Shown here piece by piece: positions 38,942 to 48,806 of a DNA stretch of 64,000 nt. Position numbers and translations under genes: made by a program. Each line of letters opens with the position of its first letter. Position 1 is the stretch's first letter. Location of the stretch: NCBI GenBank assembly GCA_015484555.1, contig WFMZ01000071.1, forward strand, positions 1,078 to 65,077, given 5' to 3'. This DNA comes from Hydrogenovibrio sp. (GTDB lineage Bacteria > Pseudomonadota > Gammaproteobacteria > Thiomicrospirales > Thiomicrospiraceae). The notes below the pieces were generated by a model. It was not told the DNA's origin. It searched no databases and saw only the letters and a program-made list of their open reading frames with translations.

Positions 38942-39630
38942 CAGTCAACTTGCTCTTCACAAGGAGATATCAACACTGACTCTGACAAACGGTAATCTAA
39001 TGCGATAAATTTTCCTTGTATTTCAATAGATAATGGGCCGTTAAAAGGGGCTTTAGTATGTATTAAAACCTGTGCATCTTTGACTAGGCCAATAGAAGAA
39101 AAGTAACGCAACTCTTCTGGAGTCCTGTTTTGAATGCGTACAACTTCCCCCTTTTTACCATTCGCAAAAGTTGCCAGCGAGACAACATCATCTGTAATCA
39201 TTTCACCATTTTCATCTGGAATAGGGGAACCATGAGGATCTCTTAGCGGCCGTCCTAACGACTCCCACATCCTATCAGCCAACTTATTGGTAATAGCGTG
39301 TTCCAACACTTCTGCCTCCACATCAACTTCATCCCAGGAATAGTCTAACTTTTCGACTAAGAATTGCTCTAAAATTCGATGCTTCCGAATCATATTTAAA
39401 GCAATTTTTTGTCCTTCAGGTAATAAACTAACACCATAATAAGGCTCATAACGAATCAGTTCTTTATCGGCTAATTTTTTAAGCATATTAGAAACTGAAG
39501 CTTGAGAAATGGAGAGTCTTTCTGCAATAGCTGAAGTACTCACTCCTTTTGACTCGGACTTATTACTCTGTTCTGCCAACTTAAAAATAATTTTCAAATA
39601 ATCTTCTAATGCTTTACTGGCCACTGGCAC
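38941..39630 (-). CDS. DtxR/MntR-family metal-dependent transcriptional regulator with C-terminal FeoA/SH3-like domain
   Basis: N-terminal wHTH (EDYLKIIFKL..STSAIAERLSISQASVSNMLKKL), dimerisation/metal region (RKHRILEQFL..WDEVDVEAEVLEHAI) and a C-terminal SH3-like domain. Stop TGA overlaps the ntrB ATG by 1 nt (TGATG). Confidence 0.8.
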   Translation of the reverse strand: MPVASKALEDYLKIIFKLAEQSNKSESKGVSTSAIAERLSISQASVSNMLKKLADKELIRYEPYYGVSLLPEGQKIALNMIRKHRILEQFLVEKLDYSWDEVDVEAEVLEHAITNKLADRMWESLGRPLRDPHGSPIPDENGEMITDDVVSLATFANGKKGEVVRIQNRTPEELRYFSSIGLVKDAQVLIHTKAPFNGPLSIEIQGKFIALDYRLSESVLISPCEEQVD

Positions 39631-39668
39631 ACTCTGCTATTAAGTATTGAACAATATAAAAACTACGG

Positions 39669-39950
39669 TTAACTATTTTCATGAGTCGCAGCCATCATTT
39701 CTTGCACCACACTGGCTTCGGGAAAGGCTAATACATAAAAAATAGCCAGTAGTATTAAAAAAACAAAACGGCTTACCCCTGGCAATTTGATAATAGGATG
39801 GGTTAATAAGGTAAAACACAGCGCTGTCACCAAAGCACTCCAAGCAGATAAAGAGGCTGCCAACATGGCCATCAGTGCACCAGAAGCCATTAAATAATAG
39901 TGCCAGGTAAATTTTGCTTTTTTGCTTTTCACTGTTAATATTCCATCCAT
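39669..39950 (-). CDS. small hypothetical membrane protein
   Basis: 93 aa with 2-3 hydrophobic helices. Ends 38 nt upstream of the DtxR-family gene on the same strand. Confidence 0.4.
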   Translation of the reverse strand: MDGILTVKSKKAKFTWHYYLMASGALMAMLAASLSAWSALVTALCFTLLTHPIIKLPGVSRFVFLILLAIFYVLAFPEASVVQEMMAATHENS

Positions 39951-40000
39951 TACTAAGGTTGCACTATTTTAAAACAAAAAATGTCTAAAAAGAGGCTATT

Positions 40001-40768
40001 ATGCAAAATCTAATTATTGTCATCGGAATGGGAGAGCTGGGCAGTGTCTTTGCTCGTGGATTTTTAAAGCTTGGCTTCCCTGTACAAGGGATAACTAGAG
40101 GAATATCGATGCAAAGCATGGCTGAAATTCACCCAAGCCCTAAAGCTGTCTTAATTGCCGTAGGCGAAGCTGATATTCATGAAACCTTAAAAAATTGCCC
40201 TAAACAATGGCAAAATAATTTAATTTTAATTCAAAATGAATTATTGCCGAGAGATTGGCAAACCATTCAAGTAGTTGACCCAACCGTTGTTTCAGTTTGG
40301 TTTGAAAAGAAGCCTGGCATGGATTCTAAAGTCGTTCTACCTTCACCCGTATTTGGCCAACATAGCCAACTTATTTTCGATGCCTTAGCAACGCTGAACT
40401 TGCCTTGTGTTCAATTAGATTCTACGCAAGCATTAAACTATGAATTGGTTCGCAAGAATTGCTATATTTTAACCACTAATATTGCAGGCTTAAAGGTCGG
40501 TGGCAATGTCACTAACTTAGCTTCAGAACATGAAGAAGTGATGTTAGAGGTTGTTAAGGATGTACTCACCATTCAAGACTGGTTAACCAACACAACCAAT
40601 GACAGAGAAGCCTTAATAAAAGGCATGCTTAAAGCGTTTAAGGGCGACCCTGAACATAATTGTATGGGACGTTCTGCACCCGCCAGACTGGCAAGAGCAT
40701 TAAATTATGCTAAGCAAGGACAACTAGCCGTGCCGACGTTAAAAGAGATTGCGACGTTAAAGGCCTAA
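40001..40768 (+). CDS. hypothetical protein with N-terminal NAD(P)-binding-like GxGxxG
   Basis: IIVIGMGELGSVFARGF at the N-terminus. 255 aa. No family assigned. Confidence 0.5.
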   Translation: MQNLIIVIGMGELGSVFARGFLKLGFPVQGITRGISMQSMAEIHPSPKAVLIAVGEADIHETLKNCPKQWQNNLILIQNELLPRDWQTIQVVDPTVVSVWFEKKPGMDSKVVLPSPVFGQHSQLIFDALATLNLPCVQLDSTQALNYELVRKNCYILTTNIAGLKVGGNVTNLASEHEEVMLEVVKDVLTIQDWLTNTTNDREALIKGMLKAFKGDPEHNCMGRSAPARLARALNYAKQGQLAVPTLKEIATLKA

Positions 40769-40885
40769 TACACCCTAAACAAACCTTTTATCATTTTATA
40801 CCTGGCTGCTAATCATGTGGCCTAGCTTAACGTTCAAACAAGCCATACTCACTTCATAATCATCTCATACGCAACATAATTCAAG

Positions 40886-40935
40886 TACCCACCCCTGGCT
40901 TTATGCCCTTTAGGGTAGATTTTTGGGTTTAAAGC
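40886..40935 (+). repeat. REP-like repeat, subfamily B
   Basis: TACCCACCCCTGGCTTTATGCCCTTTAGGGTAGATTTTTGGGTTTAAAGC. Near-identical to the reverse complement of 5801-5850. Confidence 0.75.
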
Positions 40936-41047
40936 AATCTTGTTTAAACTTAAAGAGTAAAGTGCTTAATAAGCGTACAAAGTGATAGACATAAAGAATT
41001 AAAAACAACAAGATGTTATTTAAAAAAAGGGATAAGTAGAAAGAAAA

Positions 41048-41123
41048 TGGTGGGCCGTGCGCGATTCGAACGCGCGACCAATTGGTTAAAAGCCAACTGC
41101 TCTACCAGCTGAGCTAACGGCCC
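41048..41123 (-). tRNA. tRNA-Lys (anticodon UUU)
   Basis: Reverse complement is GGGCCGTTAGCTCAGCTGGTAGAGCAGTTGGCTTTTAACCAATTGGTCGCGCGTTCGAATCGCGCACGGCCCACCA. The full cloverleaf checked by hand: 7-bp acceptor, GCTC/GAGC D stem, anticodon loop CTTTTAA, GCGCG/CGCGC T stem, encoded CCA. Confidence 0.95.
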
Positions 41124-41140
41124 TCACTTGGAATGCGCGT

Positions 41141-41168
41141 ATTATACAAGTTGCCCAGAAATTGGCAA
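41141..41168 (-). promoter_or_regulatory. sigma70 promoter of tRNA-Lys
   Basis: Minus strand reads TTGCCA-16 nt-TATAAT followed by the GC-rich discriminator ACGCGC. The -10 ends 17 nt before the mature tRNA 5' end. Confidence 0.5.
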
Positions 41169-41300
41169 GACATTTTCATCAATTTTTTGAATTAAATACC
41201 AAACAAGCAGTACAAGGCAAAGGTAAGATTTCTGTCAGCTGTTAAAGCGGTTCAAAATTGTGAAGCATGGTGTTCACTTTAACCGATTGACATCAAACAG

Positions 41301-41981
41301 TTATGAGATATAACGAGTAGGATCTACCAGGCCAGCTTCAACAAATCCTTGCTTTCTTAAGCGACAAGAGTCGCAGACACCACAGGCAAGACCTGCTTCA
41401 TTAGCTTGGTAACAAGAAACTGTTTGAGCATAATCTACCCCTAAACGCATACCTTGTTGAATAATTTTTGCTTTGGTTAAATCGATTAAAGGGGTTTGAA
41501 TGGAAACCGCCTCACCCTCTACCCCTTTTTTTGTGGCTAGGTTGGCCATGGTTTCAAAAGCCGCTATATATTCTGGCCGGCAATCTGGGTAACCAGAATA
41601 ATCTACAGCATTGACGCCAATAAAAATATGATCTGCCTCAACCACTTCTGCCAACCCTAAAGCATAAGATAAAAAGACGGTATTTCTAGCAGGAACATAG
41701 GTGATAGGGATAGCATTTTCTTCAATACCAGCCACTGGCACATCTATATCATTATCTGTTAAGGCCGAGCCACCGATAGCAGCCATATTCATTAACATAA
41801 CACGGTGACTGGCTACCTTAAATTGGTTCGCTGCTTTTTTAGCGGCTGATAACTCTACTTGATGACGTTGACCATAGTCAAAGCTTAAGGTATGGCATTC
41901 ATAACCTTCTGCACTGGCAATGGCTAGTAAGGTAGTGGAATCTAACCCACCGGACAATAAAACAACGGCTCTTTTATTCAT
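41301..41981 (-). CDS. queC: 7-cyano-7-deazaguanine synthase
   Basis: [12 protein letters not shown]-loop and the C-terminal Zn cluster [14 protein letters not shown]. Confidence 0.9.
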   Translation of the reverse strand: MNKRAVVLLSGGLDSTTLLAIASAEGYECHTLSFDYGQRHQVELSAAKKAANQFKVASHRVMLMNMAAIGGSALTDNDIDVPVAGIEENAIPITYVPARNTVFLSYALGLAEVVEADHIFIGVNAVDYSGYPDCRPEYIAAFETMANLATKKGVEGEAVSIQTPLIDLTKAKIIQQGMRLGVDYAQTVSCYQANEAGLACGVCDSCRLRKQGFVEAGLVDPTRYIS

Positions 41982-41990
41982 TTTATAACT

Positions 41991-42854
41991 CTACTTCAGT
42001 GCTTTTAAACGACTAGCCGCTTTTTTAGCTGCCTTAGCTTTTGGATAAATATTCAACAGTTTTTGGTAACTAGATTTTGCTAACTTTAGCTGATCTAAGG
42101 ATCGATAAACATCACCCGCTCTCAGCAATGAGTCTGGGGCTTTCATTGACTTAGGGTAGCTAACCACGACATCTTCAAAGTGCGCTAGACTTGGTAACTT
42201 CTTGCCTAGCTTCCAAGCAGATTCACCTGCCCAATAAGAAGCATTACTAGAAAGCACACTCTTAGGATGATGAGTCTTAAAAACAACAAAAGCTTTTAAA
42301 GCGGCTTTATAATTTTTCTTACGGATTAAATCAAATGCGACTTTATATTCTACTTGTTCTTTGCTTGTCGCAGCACGTACAGAAATGGCTTTAGGCTTAT
42401 TCTTAACGACTACTTTTTTATGGGTCTCAACCGCGGCTACTTTAGAGGATGCTGAACTCTTTATGCCGTTTACACCCTTTTCAGGTTTGCTAGCTTTAAC
42501 TACTTTTTCAGCCGGTGGTTCAACAGCCTTTACAGGTGCTAAAACCGGCAGCGGTGTATGCTCTATCTTAGTAAAGCGATCATCCATTTCTTTATAACGT
42601 GATTTAGACTGCTTTTTTAATTTTAAAATCGTATGCTCTAGGCGATCAACCTTATCCTGCAAGGATTGAATTTCTGATTGTTGCAGACCCAATTTTCGAC
42701 TTAGCTGTATCAGTACAGGATTATCTGTAATACGTTCTAACCGAGCAACCCGCTCTTCTAAAGATTGTGGTTGTGATAAAACAGGAAAAGAAGCTAGGCC
42801 AATAGCACTGCCTAGCAAAATCAAAATAGGAAGTTTTAAATAGTCCATCATCAT
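41991..42854 (-). CDS. cpoB: Tol-Pal system protein YbgF/CpoB
   Basis: Signal peptide, coiled-coil N-terminus (LEERVARLERI..IQSLQDKVDRLEH) and C-terminal TPR-like repeats. Position is directly after pal. Confidence 0.8.
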   Translation of the reverse strand: MMMDYLKLPILILLGSAIGLASFPVLSQPQSLEERVARLERITDNPVLIQLSRKLGLQQSEIQSLQDKVDRLEHTILKLKKQSKSRYKEMDDRFTKIEHTPLPVLAPVKAVEPPAEKVVKASKPEKGVNGIKSSASSKVAAVETHKKVVVKNKPKAISVRAATSKEQVEYKVAFDLIRKKNYKAALKAFVVFKTHHPKSVLSSNASYWAGESAWKLGKKLPSLAHFEDVVVSYPKSMKAPDSLLRAGDVYRSLDQLKLAKSSYQKLLNIYPKAKAAKKAASRLKALK

Positions 42855-43459
42855 TACTTAATCTTAATTTCTACACGTCTATTTTTAGACCAAGCCTGTT
42901 CATTTAATTCATCTACCAAAGGCTGCTCTTCTCCTAAACTGACAACTTCCATTCTTGAGCTAGGAATGCCATACAACATAAAGGCTTCCTTAACCGCTTT
43001 TGCTCGTTTTTCACCAAGTGCTAGGTTATATTCTGGAGAGCCACGTTCATCTGTGTGCCCGACTAAAATAATACTTTCTTTTTCAGCACTGTCCAAAACA
43101 TGGGCATAATGCTTAATAATTTTTAGGGCATCATCATCAACCGAATACTGATCATAGGCAAAGAAAATAACGGGTTCAAAAGTACTCCCTAGATCTGTTG
43201 CTGCCACTTCTTTAGTTCCTTCTTTCTTAATAACACTGCCATTCCCCACATCGTCGCCTGACTTAACGGCAATCACCTCTACGCCCGATTTTCCAGCCTT
43301 ACCATCTTTAGCTGCAACGCCATCTTTAGCACCCTTCTTTTTATCAACCGCTACAGACGCCTCATCGCCATCCTTTTTTGGATTTCCACCACAAGCTGTT
43401 AAGGTTAGCGCTAAAAAGATAATGCCTACATTTAAAAAAATAGAGTTTCTTACTTTCAT
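42854..43459 (-). CDS. pal: peptidoglycan-associated lipoprotein
   Basis: The start is moved to ATG 43459 (MKVRNSIFLNVGIIFLALTLTAC, lipobox LTAC). OmpA-like C-terminus GHTDERGSPEYNLALGEKRA..NRRVEI. Confidence 0.9.
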   Translation of the reverse strand: MKVRNSIFLNVGIIFLALTLTACGGNPKKDGDEASVAVDKKKGAKDGVAAKDGKAGKSGVEVIAVKSGDDVGNGSVIKKEGTKEVAATDLGSTFEPVIFFAYDQYSVDDDALKIIKHYAHVLDSAEKESIILVGHTDERGSPEYNLALGEKRAKAVKEAFMLYGIPSSRMEVVSLGEEQPLVDELNEQAWSKNRRVEIKIK

Positions 43460-43494
43460 ACAGTCTCCGAGGGGCTCAAAGCCATTATCAATCA

Positions 43495-44790
43495 TTAATT
43501 ACGGTAAGGCCCCCAAGATGGTGAACGGACTTCACCATCTTGGACACTTAAAATTTGGGTAACGCTATTATCAATGGCTACCACTGCTAACCTTGCGCTA
43601 CCTTTGTAGTTCATCGAATATAGAATCATTTCACCATTAGGTGAAAAACTAGGCGATTCATCTAAATAAGTATCGGTAATCACATTAAATTCTGACGTAT
43701 ACAAATCTAACAAGCCAATGTGAAAGCCTTTGTTGAAATGAACCATCGCGATATAACGACCATCAGGAGAGACTGCCGGGTTCGCATTATAACGCCCATC
43801 AAATGAAATACGGCGGGTTTCACCCGTATCTAAAAAAGCTTGAAAAATCTGAGGTTGTCCACGTCGGTCGGAATTAAAAAATAGGCTATGCCCATTAGGC
43901 GACCAAACTGCTTCGGTTTCAATAGCATAGTTTCGAGTCATCCTTCTTAATTTTTTAGTCGCCAAGGTCATAATATAAACATCAGCTGACCCATTTTTAG
44001 ATAAGGTCATGGCTAATTTTTTACCATCTTTAGACCAAGCGGGTGAACCGTTAATCCCTTTATAGCTGGCGACAATTTTTCGATAGGAGCCATCTAAACT
44101 CTGCACCACAATTTCTGAATGTCCATTCTCAAAGGTAACATAGGCAAGCTTCTTCCCATCTGGCGACCAACTAGGAGACATAATAGAATGTTTCGATTTT
44201 AAAATAGGTTGTGCATTAAAGCCATCGGAATCTGAAATTTCTAAGGTATATTGCCTTTTCCCTAGCTTCTTGTTAACCGTTACATACGCTATTTTTGTAT
44301 TAAATGCGCCACGAATACCCGTTAATTCTTGGTAAATTAAATCGCTCATTTGGTGAGCAATCTGTCTTAGCAAATGTTCTGGAATATTAGACCATTGTTT
44401 TGCCATCACCTCTTGCTTGCGTAAGACATCAATAAAACGCATTTCAATATCATAGTTACCCTGATCGTTACGGGCGATTTTGCCTAGCAAAATATTATCT
44501 ACCCCTAAAGATCGCCACTGTTGAAAGTGTATGTCTTTTATGCCTTTCGGTTGTGCAGGCAGCTTAGACACAGCTAATGCTTTAAATTTTCCGCTGCGGT
44601 ATAAATCTAGACCAATGATCTTGGCAATATCCGTTTTTGGCGCTTTTTGCCCCGCAACGGTTGCCAAAGGAATAATCGCTATTGGCTGAGCAGAGGAAGA
44701 ACTCTGATCTATTTCAATGGTCAAATCGGCCTGTGCCAAAGCACTGAAAAGTCCTAAGGTTAAAGCAAGTATTCTAAATAGTATTTTCAT
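43495..44790 (-). CDS. tolB: Tol-Pal system beta-propeller protein TolB
   Basis: Signal peptide plus repeated PxWSPDG blades (SPSWSPDGKKLAY, SPAWSKDGKKLA, AVWSPNGHSL, PAVSPDGRYI, PSFSPNGEMI). Confidence 0.95.
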   Translation of the reverse strand: MKILFRILALTLGLFSALAQADLTIEIDQSSSSAQPIAIIPLATVAGQKAPKTDIAKIIGLDLYRSGKFKALAVSKLPAQPKGIKDIHFQQWRSLGVDNILLGKIARNDQGNYDIEMRFIDVLRKQEVMAKQWSNIPEHLLRQIAHQMSDLIYQELTGIRGAFNTKIAYVTVNKKLGKRQYTLEISDSDGFNAQPILKSKHSIMSPSWSPDGKKLAYVTFENGHSEIVVQSLDGSYRKIVASYKGINGSPAWSKDGKKLAMTLSKNGSADVYIMTLATKKLRRMTRNYAIETEAVWSPNGHSLFFNSDRRGQPQIFQAFLDTGETRRISFDGRYNANPAVSPDGRYIAMVHFNKGFHIGLLDLYTSEFNVITDTYLDESPSFSPNGEMILYSMNYKGSARLAVVAIDNSVTQILSVQDGEVRSPSWGPYRN

Positions 44791-44812
44791 AAAATTATTT
44801 TATATTCATTCT

Positions 44813-45808
44813 CTAAGGGTGAAAAACAAAAGTGATCTTACGTTCAAATAGCTCTTTAACAGGTGGCTTTGGTAAAGGTTCCGAACGATAAACTGCTTTC
44901 TCAGCATCTTTTTTAAATTGAGTTGTCGCAAATTTATTACAGCTATGTACCTTAACGCTGCTCACATTACCAGTAGGGGTTTGGGTAACAGAAATTCTAC
45001 ATTCAGCTTTTTCTGAAACTTTTGCTGCACTCTTCCAGTTTTTAGTCACTTGTGAGGCGATATTTGAAATATAAGCCGTTTTTAAATTCAGCATTTCTTC
45101 TTCTTTCGCCATTTCACGCTGCAAAGATTCTTCTTCATCAAGCTGTCTTTTGACTGCGGCGGCGGCATTCTCTTTTTCTAAACGCTTTTTCTCTAAATTT
45201 TTACGTTTAATAGTTTCTGCTAGCTTTTTAGTTTTAGCCTCTTCTTGTGCTCGTACTTTCTTAGCTTCTGCTTTTTGCTTTTCCGCTAACTTGGCTTCTC
45301 TTTTCGCCTTTTCGGCCTTTTTCCTTTCTGCATCGGCACGTTGCTTTTGATGAGCGACTTTTTGCCTTTCTATGTCCGCTTGTCGTTTTGCTATATCTGC
45401 TTTGCGTTTTTCGGCTTCTGCCTTACGCTTTTCAGCTTGGGCTTTTTTACGTTGCTCGTTGACGTTAGCTCGTTCTTGTTTTTGTTTTTGCTTCAACTCC
45501 GCTAATTTTTTTTTCTCTTTACGAGTTTGTGCTGCTAAATTTTTCTGTTTTTTGAGCTTGTCAGCTTCTTCTTTCTTAATTTTAGCTAAAGCTAGCTTCA
45601 CTTGTTTACCGTCAACAGCAAAGGTTCTTAATGTCTTATCTTTAGATTGATTGGCTTCAACTTGTTCGTTGTGTGGCGCGGACACAAGCTTCACTTTAAT
45701 CACCTTGTCTCCTACTGGTTGACCCCAAAGAATACTTGCTAAAATAGCGCCATGAAAGGCTAAAGCAATCAATAAGGCAAGTGGATGTTTTGAGATGAAT
45801 GTTAACAT
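44813..45808 (-). CDS. tolA: Tol-Pal system protein TolA
   Basis: N-terminal TM, long Lys/Ala/Glu-rich helical domain II and a small C-terminal domain. Positioned between tolR and tolB. Confidence 0.8.
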   Translation of the reverse strand: MLTFISKHPLALLIALAFHGAILASILWGQPVGDKVIKVKLVSAPHNEQVEANQSKDKTLRTFAVDGKQVKLALAKIKKEEADKLKKQKNLAAQTRKEKKKLAELKQKQKQERANVNEQRKKAQAEKRKAEAEKRKADIAKRQADIERQKVAHQKQRADAERKKAEKAKREAKLAEKQKAEAKKVRAQEEAKTKKLAETIKRKNLEKKRLEKENAAAAVKRQLDEEESLQREMAKEEEMLNLKTAYISNIASQVTKNWKSAAKVSEKAECRISVTQTPTGNVSSVKVHSCNKFATTQFKKDAEKAVYRSEPLPKPPVKELFERKITFVFHP

Positions 45809-45818
45809 AAGGTAGCCA

Positions 45819-46253
45819 TTATTCCGGTTCGGTCAATAGAGATACATTTGCAACCCCATTGGCTTTCAGTAAAACAAAAATGTGCATGACATTTTGGTAA
45901 GGCGTCATTTTATCACCTTGAATATAAAAGACTTGCTTAGGATTTAATTCTGCACGCGCAACAATTTCAACCGCTATTTCTTCAGAAGATAAGATTTTTT
46001 TTGGGGCTTCAGAGGTTTTATAATAACCCTCTTTTGTCACGGTAATAATTAAAGGTTTTCCAGGCGTAGCCGCTGCATTATTAGATAAAGCGGGTGTTCT
46101 AGGCAAATCAACCGTCACGGCTTGCTGAACAATAGGCGCCGTAATCATAAAGATGATTAACAAAATTAAGGTAACATCTATGTAAGGCACGACATTAATT
46201 TCAGCCATTAACTTTTTTTGCCTCCCTGATCGAAAGCTGCTCCTCATTGACAT
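45819..46253 (-). CDS. tolR: Tol-Pal system protein TolR (ExbD family)
   Basis: MAEINVVPYIDVTLILLIIFMITAP is the canonical ExbD/TolR TM with Asp. The start codon choice among M1, M3 and M16 is uncertain. Confidence 0.85.
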   Translation of the reverse strand: MSMRSSFRSGRQKKLMAEINVVPYIDVTLILLIIFMITAPIVQQAVTVDLPRTPALSNNAAATPGKPLIITVTKEGYYKTSEAPKKILSSEEIAVEIVARAELNPKQVFYIQGDKMTPYQNVMHIFVLLKANGVANVSLLTEPE

Positions 46254-46255
46254 GA

Positions 46256-46954
46256 CTACAGGTCTTTCTTCTGATTTTCAAGCACGTGAGATTGGCGTTG
46301 GACAATGGTTAAAAAACCTTCTGAAAAATTTTCATACTGCGTAATCACTTTTTCAGATTTAACCAATAAACGGTTATAGAAAATAGTCGCTGGAATAGCC
46401 GCGAACAAACCTATTGCCGTTGCAATCAACGCTTCTGAAATACCCGGTGCAACGGCAGATAAAGTTGCATTTTGCATATTACCTAAACCAGCAAAAGCAT
46501 GCATAACCCCCCAAACCGTACCAAACAAGCCAATATAAGGTGCTGAGGAACCTACTGTTGCTAATAAAGGGATACTATTTTCAATCGATTCTGCTTCTTT
46601 TGAAAAGGCTACTTTCATGGCTCGCTGAGTACCATTGACTAAGTCGGTTGGGTCTTCAACACCTTGTTTCTTAAGCTTAATAAATTCTTTAAAGCCTGCT
46701 TCAAAGATTCGTGCACTGCCACTTTCTGCTTCTTGCCCAGAACTCACTTGGTTATATAAGAAAGTTAATTCAGCTGAATGCCAAAATAAATCATCAAATT
46801 CGCAAGCCCGTTTTTTCGCCTGACGTAGTTCGAATGACTTCGCAATAGACACAGCCCAAGAGGCAATAGACATTAACAATAAAATTACCATCACACCTTG
46901 TACAACTGGGCTGGCATCTAAAATTAAGTCTTTAATTGACATGCTACTTTCCAT
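46256..46954 (-). CDS. tolQ: Tol-Pal system protein TolQ (MotA/ExbB family)
   Basis: 232 aa with three TM helices and a LATVGSSAPYIGLFGTVWG block. Confidence 0.9.
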   Translation of the reverse strand: MESSMSIKDLILDASPVVQGVMVILLLMSIASWAVSIAKSFELRQAKKRACEFDDLFWHSAELTFLYNQVSSGQEAESGSARIFEAGFKEFIKLKKQGVEDPTDLVNGTQRAMKVAFSKEAESIENSIPLLATVGSSAPYIGLFGTVWGVMHAFAGLGNMQNATLSAVAPGISEALIATAIGLFAAIPATIFYNRLLVKSEKVITQYENFSEGFLTIVQRQSHVLENQKKDL

Positions 46955-46972
46955 TCATTATTCCTTTATGCG

Positions 46973-47986
46973 TTAATCTAAGCTTTCGGGGGCGGTTAAG
47001 CCAAGGTGAAAGTAAGCTGATTTGGTGGCAATACGCCCTCTTGGTGTTCGCACCAGAAAGCCTTGTTGTACTAAAAAGGGTTCAATTACATCTTCTATTG
47101 TGCCACGTTCTTCACCTAAGGCGGTTGAAATAGAATCAATTCCGACGGGTCGACCTTCAAACTTATGAATTAACATTTCAAGCAAACGTCTATCCATTTT
47201 ATCTAAACCCAGCGGGTCAACTTCCAGTAAGTCTAATGCAGCATTAGCAATGGCTTGCGTGATGATACCATCTCCTTTTACTTGCGCAAAATCTCGAACA
47301 CGTCGTAGTAAGCGGTTGGCAATTCTAGGCGTGCCTCTTGAGCGGCGTGCTATTTCTGCTGTTCCTGCCACATCTGCTTCCATGCCTAAAATAAGCGCTG
47401 AACGATTCACAATTTGGCTTAATTCTTCTACGCTATAAAATTCTAAACGTTGAACAATACCAAACCGGTCTCTAAGGGGAGACGTTAACAAGCCTGCTCG
47501 AGTCGTCGCACCCACCAAGGTAAAAGGGGGAATATCAATTTTAACGCTTTGCGCAGCAGGCCCTTCACCAATAATAATATCAATTTGAAAGTCTTCCATC
47601 GCAGGATACAGAATTTCTTCAATAATGGGACTAAGGCGATGAATTTCGTCAATAAACAGCACATCGTGTGGTTCTAGGCGCGTTAATAAAGCCGCTAAGT
47701 CGCCTGGCTTTTCAATCACCGGACCAGAGGTTTGGCGTAACGTCACACCCATTTCTTGGGCGATGATATTCGAAAGCGTTGTTTTTCCGAGCCCAGGAGG
47801 ACCATAAAGTAGCACATGATCAAGATGTTCATCGCGCATTTTGGCTGCATCAATTGATAACTGAAGCTGTTCTCGAACAGCCGTTTGACCGATATATTCA
47901 GAAATAACTTGCGGGCGAACAGAAGGCGCAACAACACGATCTTCTTCAATACTTTGACCCCCTACAATTCTATCTGTTTCAATCAT
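46973..47986 (-). CDS. ruvB: Holliday junction branch migration DNA helicase RuvB
   Basis: GPPGLGKTT Walker A, LFIDEIHR Walker B and [16 protein letters not shown] sensor. Confidence 0.95.
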   Translation of the reverse strand: MIETDRIVGGQSIEEDRVVAPSVRPQVISEYIGQTAVREQLQLSIDAAKMRDEHLDHVLLYGPPGLGKTTLSNIIAQEMGVTLRQTSGPVIEKPGDLAALLTRLEPHDVLFIDEIHRLSPIIEEILYPAMEDFQIDIIIGEGPAAQSVKIDIPPFTLVGATTRAGLLTSPLRDRFGIVQRLEFYSVEELSQIVNRSALILGMEADVAGTAEIARRSRGTPRIANRLLRRVRDFAQVKGDGIITQAIANAALDLLEVDPLGLDKMDRRLLEMLIHKFEGRPVGIDSISTALGEERGTIEDVIEPFLVQQGFLVRTPRGRIATKSAYFHLGLTAPESLD

Positions 47987-48122
47987 GTCGTTTTGAACCT
48001 ACCTACTGTGCGTTAAAGCCTGTTAAAAGCTTATAATGGATACGTATTATAAACATTATAGACCTGCTGTGAACTGCCTTTTATGACTAAATTATGAAGA
48101 CTTCTCTCCATAAAATAAAGGG

Positions 48123-48728
48123 TTAAGCCTGTTGTAATGCCTTTTTAATCGTCTCTTCTAGGCTTAACCCCTTATCAACTGATTTCACCATTTTTTCAGC
48201 TTGTACCAGTTTATAACCCAATGCCAGTAAAGCTTGTACTGCGGACACATCATTAGTAGGTTTCGCCAATACATTTAACTTGACTAACGAGCTCTCTAGC
48301 AAGCTTAAATTAGGATCTTGTTGCCAGCTTTTTAGCTTATCTTGCATTTCAATCACCAAGCGTTCGGCAGTTTTTTTACCGACGCCTGGAATTTTGGTAA
48401 TCGCCATCGAATCTGCTTCATTCACATAGCCTACAAATTCAGCTACCGACATACTCGATAAAATAGCAATGCCCATTTTGGCACCAATACCGTTGACTTT
48501 AATCAGTTCGCGAAATAACTTTTTTTCTAATTCTGTGGCAAAACCAAACAACAACATAGCATCTTCTCGAACATGCAAATGCGTTAATACCGTAGCTTGC
48601 TCACCTACTTCTGGCAAGGCATAAAAGGTCGACATGGGTGATTGAATATCATAGCCAACACCATTTACAGTTAACTGTAATAGTGGTGGTTGTTTTGAAT
48701 GAATTGTGCCAATTAGAAAACCAATCAT
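48123..48728 (-). CDS. ruvA: Holliday junction branch migration complex subunit RuvA
   Basis: [13 protein letters not shown] start, two HhH motifs ([25 protein letters not shown]) and C-terminal domain III. Confidence 0.9.
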   Translation of the reverse strand: MIGFLIGTIHSKQPPLLQLTVNGVGYDIQSPMSTFYALPEVGEQATVLTHLHVREDAMLLFGFATELEKKLFRELIKVNGIGAKMGIAILSSMSVAEFVGYVNEADSMAITKIPGVGKKTAERLVIEMQDKLKSWQQDPNLSLLESSLVKLNVLAKPTNDVSAVQALLALGYKLVQAEKMVKSVDKGLSLEETIKKALQQA

Positions 48729-48758
48729 GGTCTTATCCTTTATAAAGTTTTGCAGGGC

Positions 48759-48778
48759 AAAAATCGCCAGGGGTGGTC
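48759..48778 (-). repeat. REP-like core (reverse orientation), subfamily A tail
   Basis: AAAAATCGCCAGGGGTGGTC, preceded by TTTTGCAGGGC. Lies between the ruvA start and the ruvC stop. Confidence 0.7.
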
Positions 48779-48806
48779 TGGGTCGTTTTATAAGAAACGA
48801 TCCAAT

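Noticed and set aside
43460-43495. Track start of pal at 43495 (MIDNGFEPLGDC..)
   Set aside because: The lipoprotein signal peptide begins at the internal Met (43459). The extension would directly abut the tolB stop codon.
45150-45650. Two plus-strand ORFs (66 and 92 aa) antisense to tolA
   Set aside because: They are Ala/Ser/Phe/Leu-rich low-complexity mirror images of the Lys/Ala/Glu-rich tolA domain II. Open antisense frames are expected in such repetitive coding DNA. There is no start context.
47987-48122. Unusually long (136 nt) ruvA-ruvB spacer with several TATAAT-like hexamers
   Set aside because: No matching -35 at proper spacing, no hairpin, no repeat copy and no ORF. It may hold an internal promoter, but the sequence alone does not support a call.
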